Source: a virus
Lineage: Duplodnaviria; Caudoviricetes
Virus record (IMG/VR): IMGVR_UViG_3300017914_000046
Location: 1 to 58,946 of that record
Direction: 5' to 3' (one strand)
DNA length: 58,946 nucleotides
The notes beneath the pieces were generated by a model. The model did not search any database. It was not told the DNA's origin and was given only the letters and a program-made list of their open reading frames with translations. Shown piece by piece: positions 40,088 through 48,997 of this stretch. Positions within the stretch are counted from its first letter, which is position 1; every line of letters begins with the position of its first letter. Made by a program: the position numbers and the translations under genes.

Positions 40088-40274
40088 CTACTATCTCCGT
40101 CACTCTAACTTTTATGGGCTTAAGACTATCTGTACCTTTTTCCCATTTTCTATAGCCGATTATATTCACAGTCTTAGGGGACTGTTTACGTGACCACAAG
40201 GATCTCCCCCATTTTGTCTTAACTATCTGATCCTTTTCCATATCCTTGATAGCCCACATCTCTACATCAATCAT
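40080..40274 (-). CDS. Hypothetical protein
   Basis: ATG 40274 overlaps the upstream TGA. Confidence 0.5.
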   Translation of the reverse strand: MIDVEMWAIKDMEKDQIVKTKWGRSLWSRKQSPKTVNIIGYRKWEKGTDSLKPIKVRVTEIVDD

Positions 40275-40441
40275 TTTACTTTCACCTCCAAACAAGCAAC
40301 TGCTTCACCCTGATGTCTTACCAAGACTTGTGCTTCATCAAGTGCAGCAATGCAATCTTCATTTTTAGAATAGGTACTCAACTGGTAGTAGTCAATACCT
40401 TGGCTATTAGTTACCTGAAACCATATCAATACCCAAATCAT
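40271..40441 (-). CDS. Small two-Cys protein with hydrophobic N-terminus (56 aa, not in ORF track)
   Basis: MIWVLIWFQV...EDCIAAL...VACLEVKVK; ATGA overlaps at both ends. Confidence 0.55.
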   Translation of the reverse strand: MIWVLIWFQVTNSQGIDYYQLSTYSKNEDCIAALDEAQVLVRHQGEAVACLEVKVK

Positions 40442-40524
40442 TTGTTCACCTCACTAATTGCAATGAGAGCAAAGCCCCCGATTATCAATACCAGTATAGC
40501 TACTGCTGTAATAACTTCAGTCAT
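40438..40524 (-). CDS. 28-aa single-TM peptide
   Basis: MTEVITAVAILVLIIGGFALIAISEVNK with AGGAGG RBS and a coupled stop. Confidence 0.5.
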   Translation of the reverse strand: MTEVITAVAILVLIIGGFALIAISEVNK

Positions 40525-40738
40525 CATACCTCCTAACTTTCCAGTTCACCCAGCACTCAAGACAATGCCCCTTTCCAAGGAACAAGTCAATAGCAAATAC
40601 AAGATGAGGTAAACCATCCCGTTTTCTTTGCCAGTTCCTAGCACTGAATGTTTGTTGACCTTGACCACCAAGTATTTTGTTTAGATTAATGGACATTCTA
40701 ACCAAGCGTTTATAAATCTTATTGTATCGGACCTTCAT
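40517..40738 (-). CDS. Hypothetical protein
   Basis: LNKILGG..QTFSARNW...IDLFLGKGHC. Confidence 0.55.
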   Translation of the reverse strand: MKVRYNKIYKRLVRMSINLNKILGGQGQQTFSARNWQRKRDGLPHLVFAIDLFLGKGHCLECWVNWKVRRYDD

Positions 40739-40907
40739 ACCAATCATCCCAAGTTTCTGCAAGCTGATTGTGGAACTCCACGTCAGCTGCCATTAAAAAG
40801 AAAAGATGAGCAAGCTCAGGTGCATACTCATCCTTGAGTGTTCCATCTTGGAAACACTTACCCCAGTGGCGGAATGTACCCGCAGGTATCTCTCTAGGTT
40901 TCTTCAT
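40719..40907 (-). CDS. Hypothetical protein
   Basis: 62 aa coupled to the integrase stop. Confidence 0.5.
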   Translation of the reverse strand: MKKPREIPAGTFRHWGKCFQDGTLKDEYAPELAHLFFLMAADVEFHNQLAETWDDWYEGPIQ

Positions 40908-41812
40908 TCTCGTACTCTCCGATCTAGTGCAGCTCTCGCAGTCTTCAAGCTGAACTTGTTGTAGGGGTTGAGGCTCTGCACATTCTTGTGTCCAGATACC
41001 GATTGAATTGCAAGGTGATCTACCCCACTCTCGATCATCTGTACAATAGCTGTCTTTCTTAAGTCACCCACTCTGAGATCGTCAGGAAGCCCTGCAGTAG
41101 CCTTAACCTCTGCAAGTAGGGCGATCATCTGAGCAATCGTTAGCGGCCTGTAGGCGTTGTCCTGTGGCCTGTGGTGGGGTACTACGTACGGTTGGAAGTC
41201 CCAGTCCTCCTTCTGCTGCTTGAGCATGGTGATTAGATTGTCAGGAATTGGTAGCTCAACGGTAGCACCACGCTTACTCTGTGTGATTGTCACCACACCC
41301 TCGTCTAGGTCAAGGTTATCCCAAGTGAGGTTGCGTATGTCTACTGGACGTTGACCCCACTCGTAACACATCAAGACAATCAGTCCAATGTTTCTCCAAT
41401 TAAAGTTGGTAAAGGCAGTGTCAAGAAACTTCATGACCTGCTCGTGTGTCCAGACCACAGACCGTGGCTCACTTGTACGCTTACGTACTCGTGACATGGG
41501 GTTGACCGTGAGCTTCTCCATTGTGATCAGGTAGTTCATTACGACAGAGAAGATACGTGCATTATGATTCGCATTGGCAGTGGATGTCTCCGACTCCCAA
41601 GTGTCATAGATCTCAGTGCATAATGGTACGTTGATGTTGTGGATCGAGATGTTGCCCAAGGTTCTACCATTTACAGACATACGACAGAAAGAATTAAGTG
41701 CTGTCTCGTAACCCTTCTGTGAGGATGCTGCAAGAGAAGCGAACTGTCTGGTATGTAGGTACTCATTTACGGCTGTCTTGAATCTCATATCTTTCCTATC
41801 CAGTGAGAACAA
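40904..41812 (-). CDS. int: Tyrosine recombinase/integrase
   Basis: GQRPVD (R), QSKRG (K), DLRKT (HxxR position), SGH, PY (Tyr); the real start may be the ATG of MRFKT. Confidence 0.85.
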   Translation of the reverse strand: MFSLDRKDMRFKTAVNEYLHTRQFASLAASSQKGYETALNSFCRMSVNGRTLGNISIHNINVPLCTEIYDTWESETSTANANHNARIFSVVMNYLITMEKLTVNPMSRVRKRTSEPRSVVWTHEQVMKFLDTAFTNFNWRNIGLIVLMCYEWGQRPVDIRNLTWDNLDLDEGVVTITQSKRGATVELPIPDNLITMLKQQKEDWDFQPYVVPHHRPQDNAYRPLTIAQMIALLAEVKATAGLPDDLRVGDLRKTAIVQMIESGVDHLAIQSVSGHKNVQSLNPYNKFSLKTARAALDRRVRE

Positions 41813-41848
41813 TCGTCATGTGGATCATCCATGTCTAACTCCTAGGCT

Positions 41849-41925
41849 TGGCCCACCCCGCAGGACTCGAACCTGCAACCCCCTGATTAGAAGTCAGGTG
41901 CTCTATCCAGTTGAGCTAGGGGTGG
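41849..41925 (-). tRNA. trnR: tRNA-Arg (anticodon TCT)
   Basis: Acceptor stem CCACCCC/GGGGTGG, D arm TAGCTCAACTGGATAGAGC, anticodon arm CCTGA-CTTCTAA-TCAGG, T arm GCAGG-TTCGAGT-CCTGC, encoded CCA. Confidence 0.95.
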
Positions 41926-41930
41926 CGAAC

Positions 41931-42030
41931 CTAAAGTTATACTTAAAGTATTAATTATTTCTAGAAGAAATATTAAATACCTTAAGTTACTTTAAGTATA
42001 TATGGGGTAGCACTTCATGTTGTCAAGGGG
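41931..42030 (-). promoter_or_regulatory. Promoter/AT-rich control region for tRNA-int
   Basis: - strand CCCCTTGACA-N18-TATATA; ACTTAAAGTA/TACTTTAAGT motifs. Confidence 0.5.
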
Positions 42031-42993
42031 TCACCCAAAATATTTTTTACTGACACGAGCGGTGTAGTCATCCATGTAACTTGAGTAGGCACTTGCATCA
42101 TCTATGTCGCAGTCTTCCATCAAGCCGTAGGCGGTGTAACCGTAGCCGTCAAGTAACTCTGCGATCTTGTGAGGGTAGTCGATGACTAGTTGCTCAAGCT
42201 GACACACGTTCTCCTCATCAACTTTGTTACTATACTTAGACGAGTATCCCCAAGTGTCCTCGACAACAGATGGGTCACGCTTGAACACTAGCTTTGTCCA
42301 GTCAGCTAGACACAAGGCAGTCAACAAAGTGTCAGCAAAATCAAGGTCTTGCGTCTCGTTGACACCATGCTGTCCATAGTACCCGACACTGATGTTGGTA
42401 CACTCAGACACGATACCAGAGTACTCGTTGCTGTCAGTGTAAGAGCCACCGTCATCAGCTTCTAGTTGTGGTAGATTGAGTGCCTCGGCAAAGGACTTGG
42501 CGAATGCATCTGATGCAGTACGCATACCCATCTGGTGTGTGATTACAGACTTGTCACCGTAACGGTCAAAGCTGATCACTGCGTCAAGACGATCCATCCA
42601 TGAAGGATAATCCATGACAAGAGCACGACTACCTTTGCACCCAACTTCTTCAGCTGCATGTACTACATACACACCCTCAACACCTTCTTCAATCATGCCA
42701 AGCATGAGCCACACACCAGTGGTACAATCAGCACCAAGGCAGTTGGACTCTTTGGTATTGGCCACAGACACTACGTCATTGGTAACGACTAGCTTCTGCA
42801 TACCGTCAGTCTTGTGGACTGTATCATGGTGTGACGTGAAGCACAGGTTAGGCTTGTCACCCACGATGTGGATGTAGTTGCCGTGATCATCTGGTCTACC
42901 GAACGTAGGTTCGAGAAACCGTTTACAAAATTCTCGTTGCGTTAGGCTACCCTCTGGGCGTTTGTAACGCAGCATTTCAATTAAACTATACAT
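42031..42993 (-). CDS. M20/M28-clan zinc peptidase
   Basis: SHHDTVH, LGADC, AAEEVG, ISFDR, YTDS, NISVGYYGQH metal-ligand motifs. Confidence 0.85.
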   Translation of the reverse strand: MYSLIEMLRYKRPEGSLTQREFCKRFLEPTFGRPDDHGNYIHIVGDKPNLCFTSHHDTVHKTDGMQKLVVTNDVVSVANTKESNCLGADCTTGVWLMLGMIEEGVEGVYVVHAAEEVGCKGSRALVMDYPSWMDRLDAVISFDRYGDKSVITHQMGMRTASDAFAKSFAEALNLPQLEADDGGSYTDSNEYSGIVSECTNISVGYYGQHGVNETQDLDFADTLLTALCLADWTKLVFKRDPSVVEDTWGYSSKYSNKVDEENVCQLEQLVIDYPHKIAELLDGYGYTAYGLMEDCDIDDASAYSSYMDDYTARVSKKYFG

Positions 42994-44602
42994 CTGGTTC
43001 TAACTCCTCTTCTTCTTTTGACCACATACCACCCTCACCTTTGATCCATGTACTGTCATCATTATCTAACTCATACTGAGATACAACTTTACCACAATCA
43101 AGCAAACAGTATTGATCATCAGGATACAACTCACCATCCCAATCGGATGTGAAGTACTCGCCAATGTTATCGGGTGAGATCCAAGTGTCCTCATACTCAC
43201 AGTAGACAACGTCATCGGTATGCCAGTACTCGTCATCAGTACACATGATAAATGTGTCACCGTCATGGACGATATGCTCGTAAACTTGCACTGACTCGTG
43301 TTGACCGTTGTAACCAACACGCCAACAGACAATGGTCTGATCTTGGTGGACAGTCTCTTGCCAGTAGTCACAGTATACATGCTCGTCATAGTAACAGGAC
43401 TCGCAGTAGTGCTCACTGGTGTGCTCAGAGTACCAGTAATCGTCCTCAGACAAGTTCTCATTACACTGGCAGCACTGAGTATGATGACCACCAAGCACAC
43501 CTTGATAGATACTGGCGTCAATCTCGCCACGTCTGTTGACCTCAAGGTAATCACCCATATCAGCTAGTGATTGCGGTGTCAAGTCTAAGTATGGGCCGAC
43601 AAAGCCACCATCATACTCAACACGCTTGAGCTTGGCACCGATCCATGAAGCATTGTGCGTCATGTCAGTACCCATAGACTCTAGCCGTTCTTGTATACAG
43701 TCAATGGCTTGCTCAGATACACCATATATTGGCCCTGCTTGTGGTGGGACATTGTTGGTGTATACAACACAACGGCCAGCCACCAAGTCGTTTTGATCAA
43801 GGGCATAGACGATGGTAAAGTCACCACTTGCGTACGCCTCAGCAGGATGTATAGGAAGGTGGTCGAAGTCGTAACGCATACAGCTATGGGCAAGGTGCTT
43901 GCGGTATGGCGTAGTGTCGATGTTCTCGTTGGGTGATTGCTTACCTGCATAGGCATCTTTGAAATGCTCTGCTTCTTTAGACACATAGATTGTAAACTCA
44001 CGAGGTGCGAACTCCTGTAGATATTCGTCATTGATTTGAATGATTGTCTTGTGGTCAAGCTCGGGAAACATCAGACTGAATGCACGAGCAGGTTTCATAG
44101 CAGTGACACGGTCATTGTCACGATGCTCAAGCGATTGCCACACAGAAATCTTGGGGTGAAACTTCTCAGAACGTCGAGGGCCGAAGGCACACAGACGGTA
44201 TCTGATCTTGCAGGTGAGATGACTCTCACCACCAAGTAGGTTAAGTATTCGTTTCTCAAGCCATCTATGCAAACGAAAGTCTGCCATTTCCCACATGTTG
44301 AGGTGATCGTAGCCACCCCATGCACGAAGCACAGGGTCAGGTTCGTTGACATCCTCAGTGTATACTTTCTTGACAACAAAGCCATTGAGGTGTGGGTGTA
44401 CGACATAGTGCTTGTCCTCACCAACCCACACGTAACCTGCGGCAGGTTTGTTACCTTCGTTGTCAAAGAAAGACACAGGCTCAAAGCTGTACGGTTGGTA
44501 CGGCTCAAGCACAAAGGGATAGTTACGTTCACGAAATGCGTCAACGTCTACAGTACGAATAGTATAAGCAACCATGTTAGTTCCTCCACTCTGGTTCCTC
44601 AC
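42986..44602 (-). CDS. Early protein with SCM...GRC core and Cys/acidic C-terminal repeats
   Basis: HSCMRY...AGRCVVY...PIYG...PYLD, then CCQC, CESC, YCDY, MCTD, YCEY repeats; coupled to the peptidase gene; start may be ATG 44575. Confidence 0.65.
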   Translation of the reverse strand: MRNQSGGTNMVAYTIRTVDVDAFRERNYPFVLEPYQPYSFEPVSFFDNEGNKPAAGYVWVGEDKHYVVHPHLNGFVVKKVYTEDVNEPDPVLRAWGGYDHLNMWEMADFRLHRWLEKRILNLLGGESHLTCKIRYRLCAFGPRRSEKFHPKISVWQSLEHRDNDRVTAMKPARAFSLMFPELDHKTIIQINDEYLQEFAPREFTIYVSKEAEHFKDAYAGKQSPNENIDTTPYRKHLAHSCMRYDFDHLPIHPAEAYASGDFTIVYALDQNDLVAGRCVVYTNNVPPQAGPIYGVSEQAIDCIQERLESMGTDMTHNASWIGAKLKRVEYDGGFVGPYLDLTPQSLADMGDYLEVNRRGEIDASIYQGVLGGHHTQCCQCNENLSEDDYWYSEHTSEHYCESCYYDEHVYCDYWQETVHQDQTIVCWRVGYNGQHESVQVYEHIVHDGDTFIMCTDDEYWHTDDVVYCEYEDTWISPDNIGEYFTSDWDGELYPDDQYCLLDCGKVVSQYELDNDDSTWIKGEGGMWSKEEEELEPDV

Positions 44603-45068
44603 CCCAACGCCACGTCAGGGCTATGTTGCGTTCTTTCCATCTGTCGTTCATGTACATGCGGTATGCTTGGTGTACATCAGAAACGTCCGAGTAGTCAACA
44701 CCACGTTCCATATTACGAGCACAGTTTGCAAAGTCAGTCAAGTCCTCATCAGGAAACTGACCATACTCTGCATAGTGTTGAAAGGCAGGGATCAGTTCAG
44801 CTGACTTGTGTGCGCCTGACTTCTGATTGAACAAGGCACTCATGTGCTTGATAAGCCACATGAAATTGCCACGAGTAGCCCTAGCCCATATACTGCATGG
44901 GTGATTGAGATACGCCACACGGTATACAGGTAGGGATGTGTCAGGGCATAAAGTCCTGATTGCGGTGGACAACATCTGCGCACTTTCCAAGATCATCTTG
45001 TTCTTGCGTATGTCATCCAACCACAATGCTGACTGCTCTGGACATTCCGATAGAGCAAATATATTCAT
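44577..45068 (-). CDS. Pyrimidine-dimer DNA glycosylase (DenV)-like protein
   Basis: MNIF...KMILESAQMLSTA...NHPCSIWAR...AYRMY. Confidence 0.7.
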   Translation of the reverse strand: MNIFALSECPEQSALWLDDIRKNKMILESAQMLSTAIRTLCPDTSLPVYRVAYLNHPCSIWARATRGNFMWLIKHMSALFNQKSGAHKSAELIPAFQHYAEYGQFPDEDLTDFANCARNMERGVDYSDVSDVHQAYRMYMNDRWKERNIALTWRWGEEPEWRN

Positions 45069-45517
45069 GCAATAGCCTCCATTATTTGATCGTATTTTTG
45101 AGCCTTATCTCTGTAGTGTTTGTAAAGAAACACCATGTCTTCCATGTCTTTCTTTGTTCTTTCCAACTCATACTTTAAATCGACAGCTTCTATACTTGCA
45201 TCCATATCTTCCCTGTACCTTCTAAGATAGGTCTTAGCTATCCTCAAGATTTCCTCGGGTTTTTTGTACTGGATACCCTGCTTGGTGTATCTCAAAGACC
45301 CAGTCTTACTGTAGATATACACCTCGTCAACCTTGTCTAGGTCAAGCTGTTCTTGTGCATACCGTTCTGCATTCTTGTCAAACCCATAGCCTTGTGAGAA
45401 TGTTTCAAACTGATGTTCTTCATCACCCTGTTTGTATATCCAATACCCTTCTTTATACTCATAGCCAGACCTGTGAGGATCTGGCTTGAAGTACACACTA
45501 GCTGTTCTATTATTCAT
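45065..45517 (-). CDS. Hypothetical early protein
   Basis: 150 aa, coupled at both ends. Confidence 0.6.
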   Translation of the reverse strand: MNNRTASVYFKPDPHRSGYEYKEGYWIYKQGDEEHQFETFSQGYGFDKNAERYAQEQLDLDKVDEVYIYSKTGSLRYTKQGIQYKKPEEILRIAKTYLRRYREDMDASIEAVDLKYELERTKKDMEDMVFLYKHYRDKAQKYDQIMEAIA

Positions 45518-46026
45518 AGGTCAAAAGCCTCCAATGTTGATTTGATTTCTTCAGTCAACCCATTCAAGGTTGATGTTACCACAAGTTCCATTGCACTCAA
45601 CTTGTATTCCAAGTCAGCAACCTTAGCCTTGAGGTCACCGTTCTCGGACTTGGTCATCACAAAGTTACGGCGTTCACGTTTTGTTACAGTCGGTTGCAAA
45701 CCCTCAGTGTACAGGTTGTACCCACGGGACTTGTTACGATAGCCAAGAGTTCTACGCCAATCGAACAGTGTCGGGCCAGTAATACCAAACTTAGCAATGG
45801 TCTCATCACCAGTGTGGTTGTCATAATACTGGCACACCTCGTGCTTAAAACTCAGAGGATACTTGACGCAAGTTTTCTTAAACCCTACACGTTTGGCAAG
45901 AGTCACCACATGATGATCTGGTATAGAAAACTCTTTTGCAGTTTTAGCTGCACTGTTTGATTTGTAGAACTCCACAACTTGCGCTGTGAACTCAGGTGAA
46001 TATACTACTTTAAGATTACGACCCAT
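45514..46026 (-). CDS. Tandem HTH DNA-binding protein with coiled coil
   Basis: YSPEFTAQVV...TAKEFSI and YPLSFKHEVC...TIAKFGITGPTLFDWRR; AGGAGG RBS. Confidence 0.65.
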   Translation of the reverse strand: MGRNLKVVYSPEFTAQVVEFYKSNSAAKTAKEFSIPDHHVVTLAKRVGFKKTCVKYPLSFKHEVCQYYDNHTGDETIAKFGITGPTLFDWRRTLGYRNKSRGYNLYTEGLQPTVTKRERRNFVMTKSENGDLKAKVADLEYKLSAMELVVTSTLNGLTEEIKSTLEAFDL

Positions 46027-46042
46027 TTTAACCTCCTACAGT

Positions 46043-46168
46043 TTACGATTTGGGTTTGATTTGCACATCAGTGTAGCCACACTGACGCATGTGATCAGCA
46101 AGTTGCCCTGCTGTTTTGCTAGGTGCAGAACATATACATACACCATCTACATACAGCCACACACTCAT
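46043..46168 (-). CDS. Small early protein (41 aa)
   Basis: MSVWLYVDGVCIC...; ATG overlaps the upstream stop. Confidence 0.35.
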   Translation of the reverse strand: MSVWLYVDGVCICSAPSKTAGQLADHMRQCGYTDVQIKPKS

Positions 46169-46371
46169 GGCTGTACCATCTTTGCAACAGTTTCTTCAAC
46201 TAGTTTGATCTCACCATTGGGCAGATGTAATTCTAATTCCATATCGGTATGGCCAAAGTCCTCATCCACACGTTGTAATTGTGCGACAATATCAGCCAAG
46301 CAATGACCACTTTCATCAAGCATCACTGCACCGTTGTCAGTTTCATACCAACCAGTCAGTATGTACGTCAT
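46165..46371 (-). CDS. Hypothetical early protein
   Basis: 68 aa acidic ORF. Confidence 0.55.
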   Translation of the reverse strand: MTYILTGWYETDNGAVMLDESGHCLADIVAQLQRVDEDFGHTDMELELHLPNGEIKLVEETVAKMVQP

Positions 46372-46472
46372 TTCATCATCCTTTCCGCAATTCGTTTGGT
46401 GGTGGTGATGATGATAACTTTGCCGTCATCACCATACAGCACCCACTTGTTACCCGATTGCACTAGTCGCAT
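46368..46472 (-). CDS. Small early protein (34 aa)
   Basis: MRLVQSGNKWVLYGDDGKVIII...; fills the gap and its stop overlaps the next ATG. Confidence 0.4.
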   Translation of the reverse strand: MRLVQSGNKWVLYGDDGKVIIITTTKRIAERMMK

Positions 46473-46475
46473 AGA

Positions 46476-47003
46476 TTATGCAGCAGCTTGTGTTGGCTTG
46501 GCAGATGCCATCGCTTGCACCTGTGCGAATGATACACCCATTTCTTTGGCCATTTTCGCCATATAGGTGTGCAGCTGCTCAACACGTTGATCATGAGACT
46601 TTTCGGGCTTGGCCGCAGTCAGTACAGGGAATGCCGCCTTGAATGCATCGGACTTGACACCCACCTTAGATGCAGCAAGAGTGCGTACACCTTCAAGCAC
46701 ATCATGGTTAAGCCCACCGTTTTTACCCACCTTGCACGATGCTTTACCATCCTTGAAGGTAAACTTCACATCAGACAATGCTACCGCCAAGATACGTTTT
46801 AGGGGCGCACTGAATTGGGATAGCTTGTACCCATCTTCAATCTTGTACGAACCAAACGACTTGCCATTGGTGAAGGCAATAAGGGCGTACATTGGCTTGT
46901 TATTCTTTTCGCCAAATTGTTCGAGTGCATACTCTACAGCCTTAAAGAAACCATATTCCGCACCACGTGCATTGCTTACCCATGCTTTTACATAATCAGT
47001 CAT
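46476..47003 (-). CDS. First early gene, hypothetical protein
   Basis: AAGGA RBS; 175 aa Lys/Ala-rich. Confidence 0.65.
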   Translation of the reverse strand: MTDYVKAWVSNARGAEYGFFKAVEYALEQFGEKNNKPMYALIAFTNGKSFGSYKIEDGYKLSQFSAPLKRILAVALSDVKFTFKDGKASCKVGKNGGLNHDVLEGVRTLAASKVGVKSDAFKAAFPVLTAAKPEKSHDQRVEQLHTYMAKMAKEMGVSFAQVQAMASAKPTQAAA

Positions 47004-47539
47004 CTCATTTATCCTTTCATGCTTTGAGATTGCCTAACAATAAGACACACCATGTAGATGTGCCTTACACGTTAGGCAACGTGTAACCTAGGTGTTACAA
47101 TGTAAGCAAGCATCACGCATTGCCTACCACCGTTCACGGTATCCTATGCTTATTGGCTATCACCATCCCGAAAGATATTTACCAGACCGTCAACTATATG
47201 TTGTGGCGTGGTGGCTATCAGTGCTATGAACACTCACCAAAAAGGCTTAAATTTGTATCGGATTGTATGTCTTTATTCGGACCGCATTGCTCAGCCAATG
47301 TTGTCATCCAAGGGGGAAACCATACTGAAAACCCCTTTCAACTTGTATTTAAACTAGGCGCAAAGTTTACATGCGTAAAACCATGATCGGGATTGTCAGA
47401 CCCTAGGTCTAGCCCTAGTCGAAAACCAGTAATGTCAAATAACGTGCCTCAGTACGATGCCCCTTGGCTAGTGGCGGGGTATCAAGCGATCTGGTCAACT
47501 ATGCGCCATTTCGACTTGATGACCTACCCTAACCCGTAC

Positions 47540-48350
47540 CCAAAAGATACTCAAGCACTATAAAGGATAGGTAAAAACTATACCTTTGAGACTAGACCTA
47601 TCCGAAAGTATAGGTACCCTTTTTCGTGGATAATAGCTCGGGCGCACGGGCGTGTGCGCATACACGTGCGGGTGCGGGTGTAACCCGAAAGTATCGTCAA
47701 CAACTATTACGGATAGGGTGAACTATACCAAAGGATAGATGTTCTCATGTCAATAGACTATTTTGGATAGAAGTTAGCGGTTTGTTCTATGTTTGTTCTT
47801 TTTACCAACTGGTCAAAACTAGAACGAAAGTAGAACAAACAGAGGGTAAACAGTGGACAAACAGTGTCCAAATAGGGGGAACCGATCGGTCGGGTAGGGT
47901 GGGTGCTGGAAAGCCAAAAATGCACTGTACGGGCCTATTTTTGGGGTGTAGGATAGGTGAAGGATAGGTTCGCTATCCGTATTCCCCCGCAGTATATCCA
48001 AAGGGATAGCAGAAGCTACCCGAAAGGATAGGACTACCCAATGGGATAGATCGTGTATATACCAAAGGATATACGTCTAGTACAAAGGGATAGGTAGGCT
48101 ATACCAAAGGATAGGTGAGGTATCCATACGGGTGATAGGGGGTGGTGTATAAATATAATGAATTATCCAAAGGGATACATAACTTACCCCAAAGTGTTAC
48201 AATGTAACAAAATGTATAGCTTCGCCTATCCTTTTGGGTATATCATAATCCCCTATTGTATTATTTATCTAGTAATAACAGATAGTTAGCTACGACAAAA
48301 GTATTAATGAGCTATACTTTCGGATCACCCGACCTATCCATAGGGGGTGC
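47540..48350. repeat. Array of degenerate 16-bp palindromes CTA(T/C)(A/C)C-N4-GGATAG
   Basis: CTATACCAAAGGATAG at 47723 and 48099; variants at 47598, 47994, 48016, 48034, 48057, 48163, 48226, 48313. Confidence 0.85.
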
Positions 48351-48527
48351 ATGGGCCATCGGGGGTATAGTCGTACGTATATATGCTCAATGACAGCGGG
48401 GGCCATTTTTTAAGCCTCACTTTTTGTTACAATTTGTAACATATTATGTGATCACATCGTGTTACCAAGTTATTTTTGTGATCACAAATTAAATATCAAT
48501 AAAAATAAAAATATTTTTGCTTACCCC

Positions 48528-48557
48528 TTGACTCGGGGGCACGAAGTATTATATAAT
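48528..48557 (+). promoter_or_regulatory. Sigma70-type promoter
   Basis: TTGACT-N18-TATAAT preceded by an A/T tract. Confidence 0.55.
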
Positions 48558-48714
48558 ACATTAAGTATTATACCTAAAGTAACTTCGTGTAACCTTAAGT
48601 GCACTTAAAGTATCTATTAACTCTTATATATTTATAGTTATTATATACTTTAAGTACTACTTTAAGTACTATTTTTGGACGGACAAAGTTTTTTCTGTCG
48701 TCCCACATAAACTA

Positions 48715-48745
48715 TTGACTTCAAATTTTCTCAGGGTATAACTAT
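48715..48745 (+). promoter_or_regulatory. Promoter at the start of the late arm
   Basis: TTGACT-N16-TATAAC within GTATAACTAT. Confidence 0.6.
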
Positions 48746-48997
48746 ATGCAACGACGAAACATCTATTCTTCCGACAAAGTACTAGAAGAGTTCTACAAAG
48801 CCCTCGCAAGCAAAGACGAAGGCAGACTACGTAGGGTACACATACCAAGATCTGACGTATTCTACGTAAGGGAAGCTATTTTTCAAGACACTGGCGTTAA
48901 ATATTCCCTAGATAGAGTAGAAAGAGCTATGTACCTTGAAGGAATGCTAAGTAAACACGATGTTTTTGAACCAGATAGAAAAAGAGGTTGGGAATAA
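48746..48997 (+). CDS. Hypothetical protein
   Basis: First + strand ORF; HIPRSDVFYVR motif. Confidence 0.6.
   Translation: MQRRNIYSSDKVLEEFYKALASKDEGRLRRVHIPRSDVFYVREAIFQDTGVKYSLDRVERAMYLEGMLSKHDVFEPDRKRGWE

Noticed and set aside
45514-46026. IS3-family transposase OrfA
   Set aside because: HTH resemblance only; no DDE OrfB or terminal inverted repeats, and the gene is embedded in the early operon.
47120-48001. Short ORFs in the intergenic control region
   Set aside because: Non-ATG or RBS-less starts, overlap with the repeat array, no protein-like features.
47540-48350. CRISPR array
   Set aside because: Units are 16 bp, degenerate, in both orientations and separated by only a few bases; no cas operon (the Cas4-like gene is an ordinary phage exonuclease).
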